A stretch of DNA of 64,000 nt from Rikenellaceae bacterium (lineage in GTDB: Bacteria; Bacteroidota; Bacteroidia; Bacteroidales; Rikenellaceae), in NCBI GenBank assembly GCA_044433415.1, contig JAWXTP010000002.1, positions 5,041-69,040 of the forward strand, read 5' to 3'. The notes under the pieces are model-generated. The model was given only the letters and a program-made list of their open reading frames with translations, was not told the DNA's origin and searched no databases. Numbering within the stretch: position 1 is the stretch's first letter; each line of letters starts with the position of its first letter. Positions 9,769-19,088 of the stretch are shown piece after piece. A program made the translations under genes and the position numbers.

Positions 9769-9817
9769 ACTAACAACTAACAACAATAGGTTCTACCTAT
9801 TCCTAAAATCCCATAAA

Positions 9818-11212
9818 ATGAATTACAAATCACAACAAACGTTACTTTGTAACTTAGCGGTTGGCTTAACTGTAGCTCAACCTCTATATGCAGCTGCCCC
9901 TGCAAAGAAAGCAACTGCTCCTGAAAAACCAAATATTGTTTTAATTATGGCTGACGACTTGGGGTATAGAGATATCTCTTGCTTTGGAAGCACAAAAATT
10001 AAAACTCCTAATCTTGATAAGCTCGCTGAAAGAGGCGTTAAGTTTACTGATTTCCACTCTAACGGTGCTGTTAGTAGTCCAACACGTGCAGGACTTATGA
10101 CTGGCAAATACCAACAACGTGTAGATGTTGAAGGTGTAATTACTGCTGCTAACGACCGTGAAAAGGGCTTAGATTTAAGTGAAGTTACTATGGCTGAAGA
10201 AATGGCTAACTTAGGTTATACTTGTGCTATGTTTGGCAAATGGCACTTAGGTTATGATGCTGAATTCAATCCTGTTCACCAAGGTTTCCACGAATATAGA
10301 GGTTATGTTAGTGGTAATGTAGACTACCACACTCACATTGACCAAGCAGGTTATCACGACTGGTGGAATAATGACAAATTAGAGAAAGTACAGGGTTACA
10401 CTACAGACTTAATCACTGATTACGCTATAGAATTTATCGAAAGAAACAACCCAGCAAAAACTGACAAACCTTTCTTCTTATACTTACCTTACGAAACTCC
10501 TCACGGTCCTTACCAAAGACGTGAAGATGCTCCTCTTCGTGAAGAAAGTAACGTAAAAACTATAAGACCAGAAGTTAAAGAGGACTATCCTGAAATTTAT
10601 GTAGGTATGATAGAGTGCCTTGACGAAAGATTAGGTGATTTATTCGCAACTTTAGAGAAAGAAGGTCTTACAGAAAATACTATCGTTGTTTTCTGCTCTG
10701 ACAATGGAGCTAACCACGTTGGTGACAATGGTGTTCTTAGAGGTGCTAAAAACTCTGTTTTTGAAGGTGGTCACCGTGTTCCTGGTATCATTTCTTACCC
10801 TGCTAAGGTTAAAGCTGGTACTGTAAGTAATGAAACTGTTATCACTATGGACTTACTTCCAACTTTTGTTGACATCGCTGGTGGTCAAACTACAGGTGAC
10901 ATCGTTGATGGTGTTAGTCTTAAAAACCTACTTTTCAAAGGTAAGAAACTTCAAGATCGCGATCTTTTCTGGATCAGCACTGGTCAATGTGCTATGCGTA
11001 GAGGTGACTGGAAATTTGTTTGGGGTAGACAAAACAAACAAAACAACCTTCAACTTTACAACTTGAAAACTGATATTTCAGAAAAAAACAATGTAGCTCT
11101 TGAAAACCGTGAACTTACTATTCAAATGCAACAAGCCGTTAAAGACTGGTTCTATGATGTAAGAAGTGGTATCGAAACTAAGAGTATATTCAATCTTCCA
11201 GAGTTCGAATAA
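9818..11212 (+). CDS. Secreted sulfatase (arylsulfatase-A family) with a Ser-type formylglycine site
   Basis: IVLIMADDLGYRD and SSPTRAGLMTGK match the (C/S)xPxR signature with Ser. I placed the start at ATG 9818 (MNYKSQQTLL... signal-like). The track's start at 9758 would overlap msrA. Confidence 0.88.
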   Translation: MNYKSQQTLLCNLAVGLTVAQPLYAAAPAKKATAPEKPNIVLIMADDLGYRDISCFGSTKIKTPNLDKLAERGVKFTDFHSNGAVSSPTRAGLMTGKYQQRVDVEGVITAANDREKGLDLSEVTMAEEMANLGYTCAMFGKWHLGYDAEFNPVHQGFHEYRGYVSGNVDYHTHIDQAGYHDWWNNDKLEKVQGYTTDLITDYAIEFIERNNPAKTDKPFFLYLPYETPHGPYQRREDAPLREESNVKTIRPEVKEDYPEIYVGMIECLDERLGDLFATLEKEGLTENTIVVFCSDNGANHVGDNGVLRGAKNSVFEGGHRVPGIISYPAKVKAGTVSNETVITMDLLPTFVDIAGGQTTGDIVDGVSLKNLLFKGKKLQDRDLFWISTGQCAMRRGDWKFVWGRQNKQNNLQLYNLKTDISEKNNVALENRELTIQMQQAVKDWFYDVRSGIETKSIFNLPEFE

Positions 11213-11228
11213 TCAATTCTCAACATAA

Positions 11229-11275
11229 AAAAGCGCACACAAAGCCCTATGCTTCTAGGTTTTGTGTGCGCTTTT
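11229..11275 (+). terminator. Rho-independent terminator after the sulfatase gene
   Basis: AAAAGCGCACACAAA pairs with TTTGTGTGCGCTTTT in a 15-bp stem, followed by a T-rich tail. Confidence 0.8.
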
Positions 11276-11390
11276 CTTGTTCTGTAAGCTCCACCTTTTA
11301 TTTGCATTAATGTATTTATTAATATTAATTAAATATTACGGTAATATTTAATTAATAATCTGATAGTAATTTTGTATCGTTAAAACATAA

Positions 11391-11411
11391 GGGAACTTCT
11401 AAGAACTCCCC
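11391..11411 (-). repeat. Minimal REP-like palindrome in reverse orientation
   Basis: GGGAACTTCT-A-AGAACTCCCC is the reverse complement of GGGGAGTTCT-T-AGAAGTTCCC. It lies 18 nt before the next ATG. Confidence 0.75.
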
Positions 11412-11428
11412 ATAAACAAAACAACTAT

Positions 11429-12322
11429 ATGGATTTACTAATTTCTCTGTACGACAGACTAAAAGAGCTACGTGAAACAGGCGTTAAAATGAAAGATATC
11501 GCTGAAGTTATCGGAGTGTACTCCAGCGTATTATCTTCGTTATATTCGTCTGTTTTGCCTCATTACGCTAACCTTTGTAACTCTGGTACAAATACGGATA
11601 CAGCTTTAGAAGAAGCATTAAAACAAGTTAATAATATATCTAAGCGTAAATTACTAGGCAGCATAAATGAAATCCATGAAAAGGCAATGAGAATAGAGCC
11701 TCATTACACTGCTACAAATAGGGGTTACTCTCCATTTATAGATAATATTTACAAAGAAACAGCTAAATATTCTAAACATGTTTCTGCATACTCAGGGTTA
11801 TACACGGCTTATAGCATTTCATCATATTGTGATGGGTTAAAAGCTGAGCCTTACTTGGTATGTTCTGTAAAGGATAATGAGAACATGCCTAGGGTTTATA
11901 ATAGGACGATAACTGGTGAGACTAGTGCTGGGGCAGGGGTTTTCCCTCAGAACAATTTAGGTTATGTATTTATAAACGAAGCTAAAATAGTATCTATAGC
12001 TTTAAAAGTGATGTATCTTCAATTGCCTGTAATAGATAAGCCTAAGTTAATAAAGGGTGTTTATCTTAGCCATGATTATAATCGCAATCCTATTGCGCGC
12101 CGTGTGGTATTGATTCGTGAGGGGGATGAAATTTCTGTTGAAGAATTTGAGAAATATGAAACTAGGATAATAAAAAAAGAACAGCTTGACGATAGACTAT
12201 TACCTTACTATAATTATACCTGTCAAGAGGAAGATTTAATACGCAGTATGTTCATCATATCACCCGACAAAAGCATCGACGATCTTGCACTCGAAAAAAA
12301 GATGCTAAAACTCCTTCGGTAA
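11429..12322 (+). CDS. Hypothetical protein with an N-terminal helix-turn-helix-like segment
   Basis: The ORF is 297 aa. The N-terminus (LRETGVKMKDIAEVIGVYSSVLSSLYS) resembles an XRE/Cro-type HTH. I do not recognise the remaining ~230 aa. Confidence 0.55.
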   Translation: MDLLISLYDRLKELRETGVKMKDIAEVIGVYSSVLSSLYSSVLPHYANLCNSGTNTDTALEEALKQVNNISKRKLLGSINEIHEKAMRIEPHYTATNRGYSPFIDNIYKETAKYSKHVSAYSGLYTAYSISSYCDGLKAEPYLVCSVKDNENMPRVYNRTITGETSAGAGVFPQNNLGYVFINEAKIVSIALKVMYLQLPVIDKPKLIKGVYLSHDYNRNPIARRVVLIREGDEISVEEFEKYETRIIKKEQLDDRLLPYYNYTCQEEDLIRSMFIISPDKSIDDLALEKKMLKLLR

Positions 12323-12348
12323 GCATTGTGGTTGTTGGGGTGGGTTAT

Positions 12349-12507
12349 GGGAAGGCTTTTCCCAATAACGGCTCATCTTTGCGACCTTTTCCTTAATTCC
12401 AATGCTCACAACCCCTCTGTAAGTTGGGTTTCGTGTCGGAAGTTCGGGAAGGCTTTTCCCAATAACGGCCTACATTTTTCACCTTTTCCGAAAAACCAAT
12501 GCTCACA
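12349..12507. repeat. Two 62-bp direct repeats (12349-12410 and 12446-12507), period 97 bp
   Basis: The first 24 nt, GGGAAGGCTTTTCCCAATAACGGC, are identical in both copies. The blocks ACCTTTTCC and CCAATGCTCACA are also shared. TTTTCCGAAAAAC recurs at 12484-12496 and 12531-12543. Confidence 0.85.
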
Positions 12508-12630
12508 GCCCTCAAGGCTGCTCCGCTTGATTTTCCGAAAAACGCAAAAAATCTAAGCCATTCTTGGAAAAAGCGGACAATCGTGGACGCTATGTAACGC
12601 TCATGGTAACAAACCTGGGTTTCAACTAAC

Positions 12631-12704
12631 GGCGACAAGCGACTAAATAATTATAGTAATAATATTTTATTATTATTTTTATCAATATTTAGTCGCTTGT
12701 CGCC
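12631..12704. repeat. Long palindrome with 19-bp perfect arms and a nested AT stem
   Basis: GGCGACAAGCGACTAAATA (12631-12649) pairs with TATTTAGTCGCTTGTCGCC (12686-12704). The 36-nt loop contains TAATAATA/TATTATTA. It may act as a bidirectional terminator. Confidence 0.85.
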
Positions 12705-12767
12705 CTATCACCTATCACCTAACACCTATCACCTAACACCTAACACCTACAAGCTAAAAGCTACAAG
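12705..12767. repeat. Nine tandem heptamers (CTATCAC/CTAACAC x6, then CTACAAG/CTAAAAG x3)
   Basis: Read directly from the sequence. The array ends one base before the TAA stop (12771-12769, minus strand) of the GltD-like gene. Confidence 0.9.
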
Positions 12768-12768
12768 C

Positions 12769-14157
12769 TTATTTAGCCTTAATATATTCATCTATAGCAG
12801 TTGCAGCTTTACGACCAGCACCCATAGCAAGGATTACAGTTGCTGCACCTGTTACGGCATCACCACCTGCAAATACTCCTTCACGAGTTGTTGCGCCTTC
12901 GTCATTAGCTATAAGACAGCCCCATCTGTTAGTATCTAAGCCTTCTGTAGTAGAAGCGATTAATGGGTTAGGAGATGTACCTAGCGCCATGATTACTACA
13001 TCTGTTTCAACTTCACGCTCACTACCTTCAATTACCTTAGGTGAACGTCTTCCAGATGCATCAGGTTCGCCAAGCTCCATAGAAACACAAGAGATAGTTT
13101 TAACCCATCCGTTCTCATCACCATTGATACCTGTAGGGTTTGTTAACATCATAAACTCTATGCCTTCTTCTTTAGCGTGGTGAACTTCTTCTACCCTAGC
13201 AGGAAGCTCTTTCTCACTACGACGATACATAATAGAAGCCTTAGCACCTAAACGTGCAGCAGTACGTACAGCATCCATAGCAACATTACCTCCACCTACT
13301 ACAACTACACTTTTGCCTACATAAATAGGAGTGTCATAACTGTCATCATAGGCTTTCATAAGGTTAGCACGAGTTAAGAACTCATTAGCAGAAACTACAC
13401 CGTTTAAGTTTTCACCATCTATACCCATAAAGCGTGGTAAACCAGCTCCTGAACCTACAAATACTGCTTCATAACCTTCATCATCCATAAGAGAATCTAT
13501 AGTGATAGTACGTCCAACTACAACGTCAGTTTCTATCTCTACACCTAGTTTCTTAACGTTTTCTATCTCTTTAGCTACAACTTTTGACTTAGGCAAACGG
13601 AATTCAGGAATACCATATTCTAACACTCCACCTGGCTTATGTAGCACTTCGAAAATCTTAACTTCATAGCCCATTTTAGCTAAATCCGCAGCACATGCAA
13701 GCCCTGCTGGACCACTACCTACTACAGCTACTTTATGTCCGTTTCTTTCAACTGGAGTGAATAATTCAACATTATTTTCACGTGCCCAGTCACCTACAAA
13801 ACGCTCTAACTTACCAATAGATACAGGCTCTTTCTTAATACCTAAGATACATGAACCCTCACATTGGCTTTCTTGTGGACAAACACGACCACAAACAGAT
13901 GGAAGAAGTGAGTCTTCCGCTATAATTTTTGCAGCAGCAGTGATATCTCCACCCTCTACAGCATGTATAAATTGAGGTATCTTTAACGATACAGGACAAG
14001 CAGCCACACAACGAGGTTTTTTACATTGAATACAACGAGAAGCCTCTAGTTGCGCTTCTTCAAGGTTGTAACCATAACATACCTCTTCAAAATTTGTAGC
14101 TCTTATTTTTGGATCTTGTTCCCTTACAGGGATTCTATCTATTTTATTATTTGCCAT
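12769..14157 (-). CDS. nfnB: GltD-family NADPH-dependent oxidoreductase, large subunit of an NfnAB/SudAB-type ferredoxin:NADP oxidoreductase
   Basis: It has an N-terminal 2x[4Fe-4S] cysteine pattern (CIQCKKPRCVAACP, CGRVCPQESQCEGSC) and two Rossmann motifs (VAVVGSGPAGLA, VVVVGGGNVAMD). It is paired with a PyrK-like gene immediately upstream. Confidence 0.8.
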   Translation of the reverse strand: MANNKIDRIPVREQDPKIRATNFEEVCYGYNLEEAQLEASRCIQCKKPRCVAACPVSLKIPQFIHAVEGGDITAAAKIIAEDSLLPSVCGRVCPQESQCEGSCILGIKKEPVSIGKLERFVGDWARENNVELFTPVERNGHKVAVVGSGPAGLACAADLAKMGYEVKIFEVLHKPGGVLEYGIPEFRLPKSKVVAKEIENVKKLGVEIETDVVVGRTITIDSLMDDEGYEAVFVGSGAGLPRFMGIDGENLNGVVSANEFLTRANLMKAYDDSYDTPIYVGKSVVVVGGGNVAMDAVRTAARLGAKASIMYRRSEKELPARVEEVHHAKEEGIEFMMLTNPTGINGDENGWVKTISCVSMELGEPDASGRRSPKVIEGSEREVETDVVIMALGTSPNPLIASTTEGLDTNRWGCLIANDEGATTREGVFAGGDAVTGAATVILAMGAGRKAATAIDEYIKAK

Positions 14158-14219
14158 TATATTAATCTTCTTAAGGTCAACAAAATTGGAATTTACGAGA
14201 ACACTAAAAAACTAATCTA

Positions 14220-15092
14220 TTAGTCTTTGTGTAGATTTATTCTACACTTGTGATCTACTTGTTTAGCTTTACGTTGTTCAATAGTGCGGTATTGACCTTG
14301 ACGACGCATAGCCTCATCAAAATCAACTAGGTGAGCATCAAACTCAGGTCCATCTACACATGTAAAGAACGTTTTACCCCCTACAGATACACGACATGCC
14401 CCACACATACCAGTACCGTCAACCATAAGAGAGTTTAAGCTAACAATAGTTTTAATTCCATATTTTTTTGTTGTTAATGACACGAATTTCATCATTATCA
14501 TAGGTCCTATAGAAACAACAACATCATATTGCTTTCCTTGATTATCTATCAAGTCCTCTAAACATTGAGTCACAAGACCTTTGAAACCTTTACTTCCGTC
14601 ATCTGTAGCAATATATAGATTTGTCGCTACGGCTTTCATTTCTTCTTCAAGAATCACTAAGTTTTCATTTTTAGCTCCTATTATAACATCGACTTCTACG
14701 CCTTGTTCTTTAAGCCATTTCACTTGTGGATAAACAGGTGCAGTACCAACACCACCAGCGATAAACATGATTTTCTTTTTACGTAATTCATCAATATTTT
14801 CATAAACAAACTCTGAAGGTTGCCCAAGAGGTCCTACAAAGTTCATAAATTCATCCCCTTCTTCTAAATTACAGATTCTTTCTGATGTACTACCTACTAT
14901 TTGTGTAACAATAGTAACAGCTCCTTCTTCTTGTGAATAATCACAAATAGTTAAAGGAATTCTTTCTCCGTGCTCATCTACACGAACGATAATAAATTGT
15001 CCTGGCTTTGCAGATTTAGCAACACGAGGTGCATATACATCCATAAGATATATGTTCTCTGCAAGGCATCTTTTTTTTAAAATTTTAAACAT
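14220..15092 (-). CDS. nfnA: PyrK-like FAD/[2Fe-2S] electron-transfer subunit (NfnA/SudB type)
   Basis: It has an FNR-like fold and a C-terminal cluster GTGMCGACRVSVGGKTFFTCVDGPEF. It sits directly upstream of the GltD-like gene on the same strand. Confidence 0.78.
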   Translation of the reverse strand: MFKILKKRCLAENIYLMDVYAPRVAKSAKPGQFIIVRVDEHGERIPLTICDYSQEEGAVTIVTQIVGSTSERICNLEEGDEFMNFVGPLGQPSEFVYENIDELRKKKIMFIAGGVGTAPVYPQVKWLKEQGVEVDVIIGAKNENLVILEEEMKAVATNLYIATDDGSKGFKGLVTQCLEDLIDNQGKQYDVVVSIGPMIMMKFVSLTTKKYGIKTIVSLNSLMVDGTGMCGACRVSVGGKTFFTCVDGPEFDAHLVDFDEAMRRQGQYRTIEQRKAKQVDHKCRINLHKD

Positions 15093-15116
15093 TTTGGTTA
15101 ATAAGTATGAGTTTAA

Positions 15117-15197
15117 GGGGAATTCTATAGAATTCTCCTAAAATTAAGATAAATCTTTTTTGAGTTTTATAGCTTTAGGGGAGTTCTTGAAGTTCCC
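15117..15197. repeat. Two adjacent REP-like palindromes
   Basis: GGGGAATTCTATAGAATTCTCC lies at 15117-15138 and GGGGAGTTCTTGAAGTTCCC at 15178-15197. Both sit between the nfnA start and the DUF1573 gene end. Confidence 0.75.
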
Positions 15198-15206
15198 TTT
15201 ATCTAA

Positions 15207-16298
15207 TTACTCTATATTTGCAACGAGCCTCATTTCCTTTATTGGTTGAGACTGGTCGTTTGTAATGACGGTTATAGTTTCAGCTACTCTACCTTTATCA
15301 TTTTTCAAAGGTAGTAATTTTGTTGTAATATTTATAGTTTCTCCGTTTTTAATTACTCTTTTTGGCACAGAAAAACTCACTTTACTACTAGAACCTGAAA
15401 TTTCGAGAATTTCTAAGTCATTTTTGCCAACATTTGTCAATGTAAAAGTCCTTGTTAAATTAGCACCATTTTTCACATTTCCAAAATGATAAAAACGGCT
15501 TGACAATTCGCCTACTGGTGAATTCTGTATCATATCTGGCGTATAAGATGTAAAATCTGGTATAGAAATACCATTTATGATAAACTTGTCCTTATATGTA
15601 ACACCATTAATAGCTAAGCTAACTTCTGTTTCAAAATTACCATATAATTTAGGTTCTTTTTTCAAGTCATAAATAATAAAAAGCTGTCCCTTTTCTTGTG
15701 GTTTCAATGTTGCAGGAGCCATATACGCCTTAAAACGACCTCCTTTATCATCGACTGTTGTTTTAAAATCTACATCTTTATCCGATGAATTATAAACACC
15801 TATCATTAGATTATGGTTATAACCTATAGGTATTTCCTTATATGTTGCAAGCAAAGACTCCACTCTAATCCCATCACTTAAAACAACGGGATACATATCA
15901 TCCACACCTTTAGGACGAGGCTCTATTACCCCTTTAATCACAAGTTCATTAGCATGCTTCCCTGCTCCATCTATAACGTATAATTTTGATGTGAAAGCAC
16001 CTGAACGCCCCTCAGGATTATATCTAACTTTTACCTCTGTAGTTTCGTCAGGCATAATTGGCGCTTTCTTATACTCAGGCTTTGTACACCCACAACTAAC
16101 AGATACATATTTAATTATATATGGCGTATCAGATGTGTTTTTAAAAGAAAAAGAAGCTGTCACCTCACCATCTACCTCTTTAATTTTACCAAAGTTATGT
16201 ACTGTTGACTTAAATTTAATTTGAGGCGAAGGAACTCCTTGTGCCATTGCAAAGAAGGTCACAAAAAACGCTAACAATATATTTATAATAAATTTCAT
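15207..16298 (-). CDS. DUF1573-type secreted protein (three repeats)
   Basis: It has a signal peptide and a VSVSCGCTKPEY motif typical of DUF1573, with a repeated Ig-like pattern (FGxxKxG...FxxTNxG). Confidence 0.75.
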   Translation of the reverse strand: MKFIINILLAFFVTFFAMAQGVPSPQIKFKSTVHNFGKIKEVDGEVTASFSFKNTSDTPYIIKYVSVSCGCTKPEYKKAPIMPDETTEVKVRYNPEGRSGAFTSKLYVIDGAGKHANELVIKGVIEPRPKGVDDMYPVVLSDGIRVESLLATYKEIPIGYNHNLMIGVYNSSDKDVDFKTTVDDKGGRFKAYMAPATLKPQEKGQLFIIYDLKKEPKLYGNFETEVSLAINGVTYKDKFIINGISIPDFTSYTPDMIQNSPVGELSSRFYHFGNVKNGANLTRTFTLTNVGKNDLEILEISGSSSKVSFSVPKRVIKNGETINITTKLLPLKNDKGRVAETITVITNDQSQPIKEMRLVANIE

Positions 16299-16307
16299 CT
16301 TTAAATA

Positions 16308-17498
16308 TTACTCATTAATTACCCCAGAACCTACTAATTCGCCATCCGTATTATACCAAACAGCAAATTGCCCAGCAGTTACACCGCGTTGTGGTTCATC
16401 AAATACCATATAAGCACCCTCTTCTTTAATTATAAGAACTCCTTCTTGTAAAGGCTGACGGTATCTTATACGAAGTTTATATCTTTGTTCGCTTTCTAGT
16501 TGTTGCTTAAGGTCTTCTCTTACCCAGTGCACTTCTTCATCACGAATAAACAATGCTTTTCTAAATAAGCCCTTATGTTCCGACCCTTGCCCTACATAAA
16601 CAGTATTTGTCTCAACATTAATACCTATAACAAATAAAGGTTCAGCTTTCCCACCAACATTTAAGCCCTTTCTTTGCCCTATAGTGTAATAGTGAGCTCC
16701 ATTATGTTCACCTACTTTAATACCATCAGTTTCACTATAAGTATAAGGTTTCGACAATTCTTTAAGGTTTGATTCTTCTACTATGTCTTCGTAACCCTTC
16801 CAATCTTTAGGAATCTCTATAATATTTCCTTTTTTAGGTTTTAATTTTTGTTGTAGGAATACAGGTAAATCTACCTTCCCGACAAAACAAATACCTTGAG
16901 AATCTTTACGTTCAGCCGTTGCAAGCCCCTGTTCCATAGCTATACGTCGTACCTCTGGTTTTTCTATATGCCCTATAGGGAAAAGAGCTTTTTCTAATTG
17001 CTCTTGTGACAGTTGACAAAGAAAATAACTTTGATCTTTATTATTATCTGCACCTGCTATAAGGCGATAATGTTCTTTCCCATCAATTATAACGCTATCT
17101 TTTTGACAATAGTGTCCTGTAGCAACATAATCAGCACCTAATTTCAATGCTGCCTTTAAAAAAGCATCGAATTTGATTTCTCTATTACAAAGCACATCAG
17201 GATTCGGTGTTCTGCCTTTTTCGTATTCAGAAAACATATAATCAACAACTCTCTTACGATACTCATCGCTTAAGTCTATGTAATTAAATTCTATATCAAG
17301 TTTTTTAGCTACAAGTTCAGCAAACATTCTGTCATCATTCCAAGGACAGTCTCCAGCCAAAGTACCTGTAGTATCATGCCAATTACGCATAAACATACCT
17401 ATGACTTCATACCCTTGCTCTTTTAAAAGATAAGCAGCTACAGATGAATCTACGCCACCTGAAAGTCCTACAACTACACGTTTTTTATTGATATTCAT
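16308..17498 (-). CDS. mnmA: tRNA 2-thiouridine(34) synthase
   Basis: It has the PP-loop [15 protein letters not shown], and GICFVG with the catalytic Cys. Length is 396 aa. Confidence 0.95.
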   Translation of the reverse strand: MNINKKRVVVGLSGGVDSSVAAYLLKEQGYEVIGMFMRNWHDTTGTLAGDCPWNDDRMFAELVAKKLDIEFNYIDLSDEYRKRVVDYMFSEYEKGRTPNPDVLCNREIKFDAFLKAALKLGADYVATGHYCQKDSVIIDGKEHYRLIAGADNNKDQSYFLCQLSQEQLEKALFPIGHIEKPEVRRIAMEQGLATAERKDSQGICFVGKVDLPVFLQQKLKPKKGNIIEIPKDWKGYEDIVEESNLKELSKPYTYSETDGIKVGEHNGAHYYTIGQRKGLNVGGKAEPLFVIGINVETNTVYVGQGSEHKGLFRKALFIRDEEVHWVREDLKQQLESEQRYKLRIRYRQPLQEGVLIIKEEGAYMVFDEPQRGVTAGQFAVWYNTDGELVGSGVINE

Positions 17499-17505
17499 TT
17501 TTATA

Positions 17506-19020
17506 TTAATTTATTATATATTCCAAAATAGAGTCTACATACTCTCTAGTATTTGACAGGCGCGGCACCTTATTTTGCCCTCCCGACTTGCCTCGTTTTT
17601 CCATCCATTTATGGAAAGTCCCAGGGTCAACTTTTCGAACAATAGGTTTTTCTAATGTTGCGTTATTCTTTCTTTTTGCTTCGTAATCAGAATTAACTTT
17701 TTGAAGCGTTTTATCTAATATCTCACAGAAGTTTTCAAAAGAATCGGGCTCTTTAGAAAATTCTATAATCCACTCATGTTTACCTTTTTCCTTAACATCC
17801 ATATAAATAGGGGCAGCAGTATATTCTCTAATTGTGGCTCCTGTACAATTACAAGCCTCTGCAATTGCCTTATCGCTATTGTCAACGATTACCTCCTCAC
17901 CAAAAGCATTAATATAATGCTTAGTACGACCTGTAATCTTTATTCTGTAGGGCGAAATAGATGTAAACTTTACAGTGTCGCCTATCATATATCTCCACAA
18001 CCCACCATTAGTTGTAATTATAATAGCATAATTTACTCCTAGCTTAACGCCTTCCAATGGGACTACCTTTGTCATATCATCAAGGCAAGTTGCAGGAGTA
18101 AACTCATAAAATATCCCATAATCAAGCATTAACAATAACTCCACTGACTTAGGATTGTCTTGTATGGCAAAAAATCCTTCAGAAGCATTATAGCTCTCAA
18201 TATATTTCATTTGAGGTGAAGGGATTAGCTTTTTATAAGTCTCACGATAAGGAGTAAAACACACACCTCCATGCATAAAAAGCTCCATGTTAGGCCACAC
18301 CTCACTTATATTGCTCTTACCTGTATATTCTAATACTTTTTCTAATAAAACCAAGTTCCATGAAGGCACTCCAGCAAAAGAAGTTATATTTTGTTTAGAA
18401 CATGTTTCTGCTATTACTTCTATTTTTTTTAGAAAATCTGTCTCTAATGCTATCTCTTTAGGTGGCGTACGGAACAACGACACATAAAATGGTGTATGTT
18501 CAATCAATATAGATGATAAGTCTCCTGAACGTGCTCCACTACTTGAAAGCTCATCTATACTATGAGCACCTCCCAATGTTAACGTCTTTCCTCCGCCAAC
18601 ATTAAACGTCTCATTAGAGTAAGCAGCAAGACCAATAACGTCTTTCATCCCCCGATATTGACACTTGTAGATAGATTCCGTAGAAACAGGAATAAATTTA
18701 CTTTTACTCGTTGTTGTTCCTGACGATTTTGCATACCATTTTATTGGAGCATCCCAGATTATATTAGCTTCTCCCTGTCTGGTTCTATTGATATACTCTT
18801 CCATATCGGAATATTCGGAGACTGAGATTTTACGCACAAATTCTTCGTAAGAAGTTTCACATGTAATACCTCTCTCTTTACCATACTCACAATTAGCTAA
18901 GTGAAAAATAAGTTCTCTAAATTGACACTGCTGTGTACTTATAGGGTCACTCATAAATTCCTCAATTTCGCTAATGCGACGACTAAATATGCTATTTATA
19001 ATCTTGTGACTAAATTCCAT
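17506..19020 (-). CDS. GH3 (auxin-responsive promoter / acyl-acid amido synthetase-like) family protein
   Basis: The ~500-aa adenylate-forming-like protein carries [13 protein letters not shown] (an AMP-binding P-loop analogue) typical of the bacterial GH3 family. Confidence 0.8.
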   Translation of the reverse strand: MEFSHKIINSIFSRRISEIEEFMSDPISTQQCQFRELIFHLANCEYGKERGITCETSYEEFVRKISVSEYSDMEEYINRTRQGEANIIWDAPIKWYAKSSGTTTSKSKFIPVSTESIYKCQYRGMKDVIGLAAYSNETFNVGGGKTLTLGGAHSIDELSSSGARSGDLSSILIEHTPFYVSLFRTPPKEIALETDFLKKIEVIAETCSKQNITSFAGVPSWNLVLLEKVLEYTGKSNISEVWPNMELFMHGGVCFTPYRETYKKLIPSPQMKYIESYNASEGFFAIQDNPKSVELLLMLDYGIFYEFTPATCLDDMTKVVPLEGVKLGVNYAIIITTNGGLWRYMIGDTVKFTSISPYRIKITGRTKHYINAFGEEVIVDNSDKAIAEACNCTGATIREYTAAPIYMDVKEKGKHEWIIEFSKEPDSFENFCEILDKTLQKVNSDYEAKRKNNATLEKPIVRKVDPGTFHKWMEKRGKSGGQNKVPRLSNTREYVDSILEYIIN

Positions 19021-19044
19021 AACTTTAAATAATATTAATCTATA

Positions 19045-19087
19045 GGGGAGTTCTAAAAATCCCTTCGTTCAGTTTTTAGAAATTCTC
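19045..19087 (+). repeat. REP-like element with a degenerate right arm
   Basis: GGGGAGTTCT lies at 19045-19054 and TTTTTAGAAATTCTC at 19073-19087. It abuts the stop of the downstream minus-strand gene. Confidence 0.6.
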
Positions 19088-19088
19088 T

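Noticed and set aside
9758-9817. Upstream ATG start for the sulfatase that overlaps msrA
   Set aside because: The extra 20 aa are not signal-like and overlap the msrA 3' end. The Met at 9818 gives a plausible signal peptide.
12349-12507. Possible degenerate CRISPR array or type III toxin-antitoxin RNA repeat
   Set aside because: There are only two repeat units, each 62 bp long and internally diverged. No cas gene or toxin gene is adjacent. The period and length do not fit either class.
12326-12638. Track ORFs of 76 aa (+) and 81 aa (-) in the repeat island
   Set aside because: They overlap each other on opposite strands and are generated by the direct repeats, so the peptides repeat internally. 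They have no promoter box or plausible start context and show odd composition.
12705-12767. Telomere-like or coding interpretation of the heptamer array
   Set aside because: This is an internal position in a bacterial segment dense with housekeeping genes, nothing suggests a replicon end, and the array lies outside any supported ORF.
12697-12939. 80-aa plus-strand ORF starting in the heptamer array
   Set aside because: It reads through tandem heptamers (the SPNTYHL repeats are an artefact) and then runs antisense to the well-supported nfnB-like gene.
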